NCBI RefSeq assembly: GCF_033026475.1 | Contig: NC_090205.1 | Location: forward strand, 6,037,544 to 6,101,543 | Direction of reading: 5' to 3' | Length of the DNA stretch: 64,000 bases | Source: Channa argus | Taxonomy: Eukaryota | Notes under the pieces: generated by a model | What the model was told of the DNA's origin: nothing | Seen by the model: the letters and a program-made list of their open reading frames with translations, nothing else | Database searches by the model: none | Program-made: the position numbers and the translations under genes | Shown here: positions 59,300 to 64,000 of the stretch, in pieces | Layout of the letters: each line of letters opens with the position of its first letter | Numbering within the stretch: the stretch's first letter is position 1

Positions 59300-62200
59300 G
59301 ACTTGACCTCAACAACAGAAAGTATAGACTATCCTTACCCATTTCTCTAACCCTTTCCAATCTTAATTACAACACCTCTATGTATAATGGTAATTGGCTG
59401 ATCTCGGCCCTTTACTGGCTCATCATATGTCAGCCTAACAACCGGTTTCACTGCTCCCTTGGGTCGTGAGTCCAGCCCTCTGGACCTTTGGCCACCTGAA
59501 ATTACGGGGCTTTCTGTCAGATTTGAAGACTGTTTACAAGTAGGGTCTTCATCTTTCTCACAATTTCCTTGGTCGGGATCACTTTCACTTTCTGAAGAAT
59601 CTTGGCTATGCTCATGCTCTTCTTCATCCAGAGGCTCCACCTCAGAACCAGTCTCCTGGTGACTCTCATCTGATTGTGCCTGAACAATTACCTCTTCTTC
59701 TAGGCGAGCTGAGGGATTAGCAGGGCTCCTAGTATTTTGCTCCCTGTTTCCTAAGTATGTACAATAGTGTCTGAGAGGTCTGCAGTACTCAGAGTCAGAG
59801 GACGAGTCTTAATCTAGAACATCTTGCAAAATTGTCTGTACGTCTGGTGAGGTTTGCTTTCGTTTCCTGTGAGTTTCCGCTCTGGTCTTTGGCCTGACAG
59901 GTGAATCCTCATCCTTCTTGGTTTTAGGAAACTGCACAAGTTGCCCTATTGGGAGGATGTGGTCTCTATGGATTGTTTTGATATCTCCTCTTCCATTCTC
60001 AAGCTTGACCTTATAAACAGGAAGGTTGGGCATCTTTCCCACCACAATGTAAGGAATAGAACTCCATCGACTCTGCAGCTTGTTTTTGCCCTTCAGCCCC
60101 AAGTTTTTGAGCAGGACTCGATCACCAACTTCCAGGGACTGAAAAATAACTCTTTTGCCACATGATCTTTTATTTCTTTGGTGAGTCTTGTCTGCTGCTT
60201 GAAAGGCTAATTGGTACACTCTCTGCAAATCCTCCTTCAACCTTGCTACATATCTTGAATGACCATCTCACTTCCCATCTGGAGATATTCCAAAACACAC
60301 ATCTACAGGAAGTCTAGCTTCTCGGCCAAACATCAAGTAATTGGGTGAATACCCTGTAGCATCACACTTAGTACTATTGTATGCATGGACCAAATAAGCC
60401 ACATGCTGGCTCCAATGGCGTTTCTCTTCTTAGGTCAAGGTTCCTAACATAAAGAGTAAAGTTCTGTTGAATCTCTCCGGCAGAGGATCCCCTTGTGGGT
60501 GATATGGAGTAGTCCGTGACTTTCGCACTCCCATCACCTTCAAAAGATCTCTGATCAGGTGACTCTCAAAGTCTCTACCCTGGTCTGAATGAATCCCTGC
60601 AGGCAGACCATAGTGTACAAAGTACTTGTCCACTAAGATCTTTGCCACAGTCTTAGCCTTCTGATTTTTAGTGGGGAAAGCTTGGGCATAACGAGTAAAA
60701 TGGTCTGTGACGACTAACACATTAGTCATTCCTTCGGAATCAGGTTCCATCGAAAGAAAGTCAATACACACAAGGTCCATTGCTTATGATTTGATGTATA
60801 GAGGCTGCTCTTTGACAAGGTGACTTCCGTATAATGCACTGTCCACAGTTTTTCACATACTGCTCAGCATCCTTTGACATTTTAGGCCAGAAAAATCTAC
60901 TCCTCAGCAGGTCAGTTGTTCTTTCAATGCCAAGGTGTCCTAAATCATCATGCAAGGACTTCAACACAGTCCCATGAAATTCTTTTGGTAAGACAAGCTG
61001 AGCGAACTCTTCACCTGATTACCCATCCGATAAAGTATCCCTTCTTTCAGGATCAATTTGTCCGCTTCTCGTTTCAACTGTGACAGTTCTAGATCATATA
61101 GGGTATTCTCAGGCCATTTCTGTAGCACAACTGCTTGAATAGCAGCCCCAATCACTGAGTCAGCTTTCTGTGCATGTAAGAGTTCTGGCTTTGAGGTCAT
61201 TAGAGTTGCTCTAATGACCTCAACTTCACGTGCATTGGGAAGGTGTAGATGTCAGGAACACAATCGGGGGAGGCTCCCAACTGATCCGCATATCTGGTTT
61301 GACTGTCTATAGCTCTAGGGGTGCAGACTCTTTGACAGACAGTCTTCATCCCATCCTGTGGGAGGGTCTCCCATTCCAAGCAGTCATCTTCATCAGGAAA
61401 GTTTCTGGAGAGGAGGTCAGCATCTATGTTGTGCTTACCTGGTCGGTATCGTCCATCAAAATCATAGGTTGATAAGGCAGCGAGCCATCTGTGTCCAACT
61501 GCATTAAGTTTGGCTGATGTGAGTACGTACATCAAAGGGTTGTTGTCAGTACGTACTGTGAACTGAGCCCCATACAGGTAATCATGGAACTTGTCCACAA
61601 CGGCCCACTTGAGAGACAGGAATTCAAGCTGATGTATTGGATAGCGCTTTTCAGACTGGCTCAGCTTCCTGCTAGCAAATGCAACCGGTCTTAGTCCCTC
61701 AGGATACTCCTGGTAGAGAACAGCTCCAATCCCCTTTAAGCTAGCATCCACATGAAGGATGTAGGGTCGATGAGGATCAGCAAACACTAGGAAAGGCGCA
61801 TGGGTCAGACAGTAGATGATCTGATGAAATGCATCAGTACAAGACTGCTCCCATCTTTCACCAAATGGCTCTGATGCTCTCAGATAGCTCTTAGTAGGGT
61901 CATGGTTATGCTTCCTGCTCTTTTGGGTTGGGGCATAACCTTTGGTTAGCTCGGTCAGTGGCTTGACAATGGAGGCATAGTTGGCTATAAACCTCCGATA
62001 ATACCCACAAAATCCCAAAAATGATTTTAGGGTCCTCAGGTCAATAGGCTGTGGCCAGTTAGTAACAGCCTCAATCTTCACTGGATCAGGTGAGACACCA
62101 TCTGCAGACACAACATATCCAAGATATTTCACCTTTGACTGACAAAACTGACATTTATCGAGAGATATTTTCAGTCCAGCCTCCTCAAGTCGGTCAAGAA

Positions 62201-64000
62201 CTTTCAGAAGTCTCTCCTCATGTTCCTCTAAAGTCTTTCCAAAGACAAACAGGTCATCAAGATAAACAAGAACTTGGAGCAAGTTCATGTCACCAACTGT
62301 TTTTTCCATTAATGGTTGGAAAGTAGCAGGGGCTCCAGTAATGCCCTGTGGCATTCGTTCAAACTGAAAGAACCCTAGGGGGCAGATGAATGCTGTCTTC
62401 TCCTTGTCTTCCTCAGCCATGGCTATTTGATAATAGCCACTTCTCAAGTCAAGAACAGAGAACCACTTGCTTCCAGACAAAGAGTCCAGTACATCATCAA
62501 TGCAAGGTGTAGTGTACTGACCAGGCCATTCAGTAGTCGGTAATTAATACACATCCTTATGGTCCCATTTTTCTTTCTGATGATAACTATGGGTGAAGCA
62601 TAGGGGCTGCGAGACTCTTTAATAATACCAGCACATAGGAGCTGCTTTCTCACATCCTCGATGTCTGCAGGAGTCAGGCCGCGAGAACGCTGTCTGAAGG
62701 GTCTGGGGTCAGACAGTCGAATGGTGTGTTCCACCACTTTAGCTAATCCTACATCCCATTCAGTCAGAGAAAAGACATTTGTTCTTTGGGACAGCTTCTG
62801 CTTCAGCCTCTCCTTCCACTCCCCTGAAACTGGTGAGTCTCCAAAATTAATCATGCTGACATCAAAACCTACTGGTGGTGTCTTCTCAAGGGGAACAGCG
62901 GTGACACTCTCAGTGAGATACATATGTGCCATAATTGTTCCTTCTGGTATGGTTGTCTCTTTTAAGGATTGGTTCTGAACCAGTATTCTGAAGTTGTTAA
63001 CATTAATGCCATGACCTGGCACAACCATGGGCTGCAATAGCATACTGGCTGGGAGCTGGTCTGAGGGGGATGAATCAACTATAAGGATTTCTTTACGAAC
63101 TGGCTGATTAAAGTCAACTTTACAGACAATTTGCTTATCTTCACCTGGTGTAAAGTCAGAGGACCAGGGCCTTGCCAGGTCACAACCCCAACATTGTCAT
63201 CTGCATCAGTATCAGCAATTTCACCTACACTGTCTGCTTGTAATCCTAGTATCTGTGTGACGTCGAAGCCATTGTATCTGCATTGTTTCACTAAACTTCT
63301 GACATGACTGGTATTTGTTCCAACAATAACAGGGGTCTGTTCTGTAGTCCATGGACTAGGGCAGATAAGTGCCAGAACAGTTAGTTTTACAGCTGCCAGT
63401 GACTTTGGCTGGATAATCAAGGTCCACCACAACGTAGCCACGGTAAGGGTAGCTGTCTACAGATTCACTCAAACCCCAGAGAGCCAATCCAGCCACAGGA
63501 TGTACTGGAACATCGCACAGGTGCTTTTGATACCTTGACTCAAAGATGATAGTAATCCGAGAGCCACTGTCAAACACAGCGTCACAGAGATGCCCATTAA
63601 CTTTTAACTGCACTATGCTGGGTGGGCCAATCAATCCCTCATGTAGGCTTGCATGTTCTGGTGTTATAACCAGGCCCTTCTTGACACTGCAGTTCCTATC
63701 ACCCCCTGGCATGTTTGTAGATGGCTGACTTCTTTTAGACACTTTAAGGGCCTGAATCAGTCTTTTAATAACTTTGCTTTGATTGTCTTGATTGTGGCAC
63801 CTTGCTGCAAAATGTCCATTTTCTCCACACCGGTAGCAAAACTGCTCCTCAGATGGTCTTGAGGTTCTGGTGGGGAGATTGGCTACTTTGGGGGCAACTT
63901 CTACTGTTGAAGCAATAGCTGGGCTGACTGGACTATCTGCTGTTGTGACCTTCTTACTGAGCTTAAGCTGTAATCTTTTTACTTGTTTTTGTAAAGCTCT
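59300..64000 (-). mobile_element. Ty3/Gypsy LTR retrotransposon, internal region (gag zinc knuckle, protease, RT, RNase H, integrase, chromodomain-like C-terminus); frameshifted; continues beyond the window end
   Basis: - Gag CCHC knuckle, about 63850-63800: CYRCGENGHFAARC.
- Protease, ORF 63356-63742: AVFDSGSRITIIF.
- RT, ORFs 62444-63043 and 61200-62480: YLDDLFVFGKT.
- RNase H: FTVRTDNNPLMYVL.
- Integrase, ORFs 60761-60967, 60430-60780 and 59809-60240: the HHCC finger HDDLGHLGIERT...CGQCIIRK, then DHFTRYAQAFPTKNQKAKTVAKILVDKYFVHYGLPAGIHSDQGRDFES.
The domain order gag-PR-RT-RH-IN is of Ty3/Gypsy type. The domains lie in different frames, which indicates frameshifts. Confidence 0.85.

Noticed and set aside
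1-64000. Prokaryotic-style defence island / operon interpretation
   Set aside because: The window has spliced genes with GT-AG introns, vertebrate LINE/SINE/Tc1/Gypsy content, and microsatellites. There are no long uninterrupted co-directional ORF runs, RBS-like spacing or bacterial repeat structures. The novelty here is a vertebrate immune-receptor gene cluster, not a bacterial system.

Overview
This window is vertebrate (teleost-type) nuclear DNA, not prokaryotic. It has spliced multi-exon genes, GT/AG introns, microsatellites, L2- and RTE-type LINEs, SINEs, Tc1-mariner remnants and a Ty3/Gypsy retroelement. No CRISPR arrays, operons or prokaryotic defence systems are present.

Three gene-level features stand out:
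- A complete BPI/LBP-family (bactericidal/permeability-increasing protein fold) gene of about 14 exons on the + strand, spanning roughly 3.6-14.4 kb.
- A tandem, same-orientation (- strand) array of at least nine type II transmembrane C-type lectin receptor (CLR) gene copies, spanning about 20.7-57.3 kb. These resemble CD209/CLEC4/CD23-type receptors. Each full copy has a short cytoplasmic exon (MEEIYVNVEHDKS...), a single-pass TM exon, a coiled-coil neck exon and three C-type lectin domain (CTLD) exons, here called CTLD1, CTLD2 and CTLD3 in reading order (CPAGW..., WIGLSD..., EPN...WND...ICEK).
- A possible 5' end of an unidentified gene on the - strand at about 31.6-32.4 kb.

One CLR copy looks intact (gene A). 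A second (gene E) is intact except for an unclear neck-exon donor. The rest are decaying in a birth-and-death pattern, through internal deletions, premature stops, frameshifts, a Cys to Ser change, and LINE, SINE or Tc1 insertions. Paralogous filled and empty sites let several insertions be dated relative to the segmental duplications.

The most interesting signal is in the last CTLD exon. The Ca2+/sugar-binding loop is hypervariable between otherwise near-identical paralogs: EPN in gene A, QPD in gene C, EPS in gene D, and EPNNGG...WKD in a second subfamily. The cytoplasmic tails carry a conserved acidic-Tyr motif (EEIYVNV) of hemITAM/YxN type. Together with the adjacent BPI/LBP gene, this makes the window a rapidly evolving innate-immune pattern-recognition locus.

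The far 3' end (59.3-64 kb) is the pol/gag interior of a Gypsy LTR retrotransposon on the - strand that continues past the window edge. A related solo integrase fragment lies at 14.8-16.0 kb.
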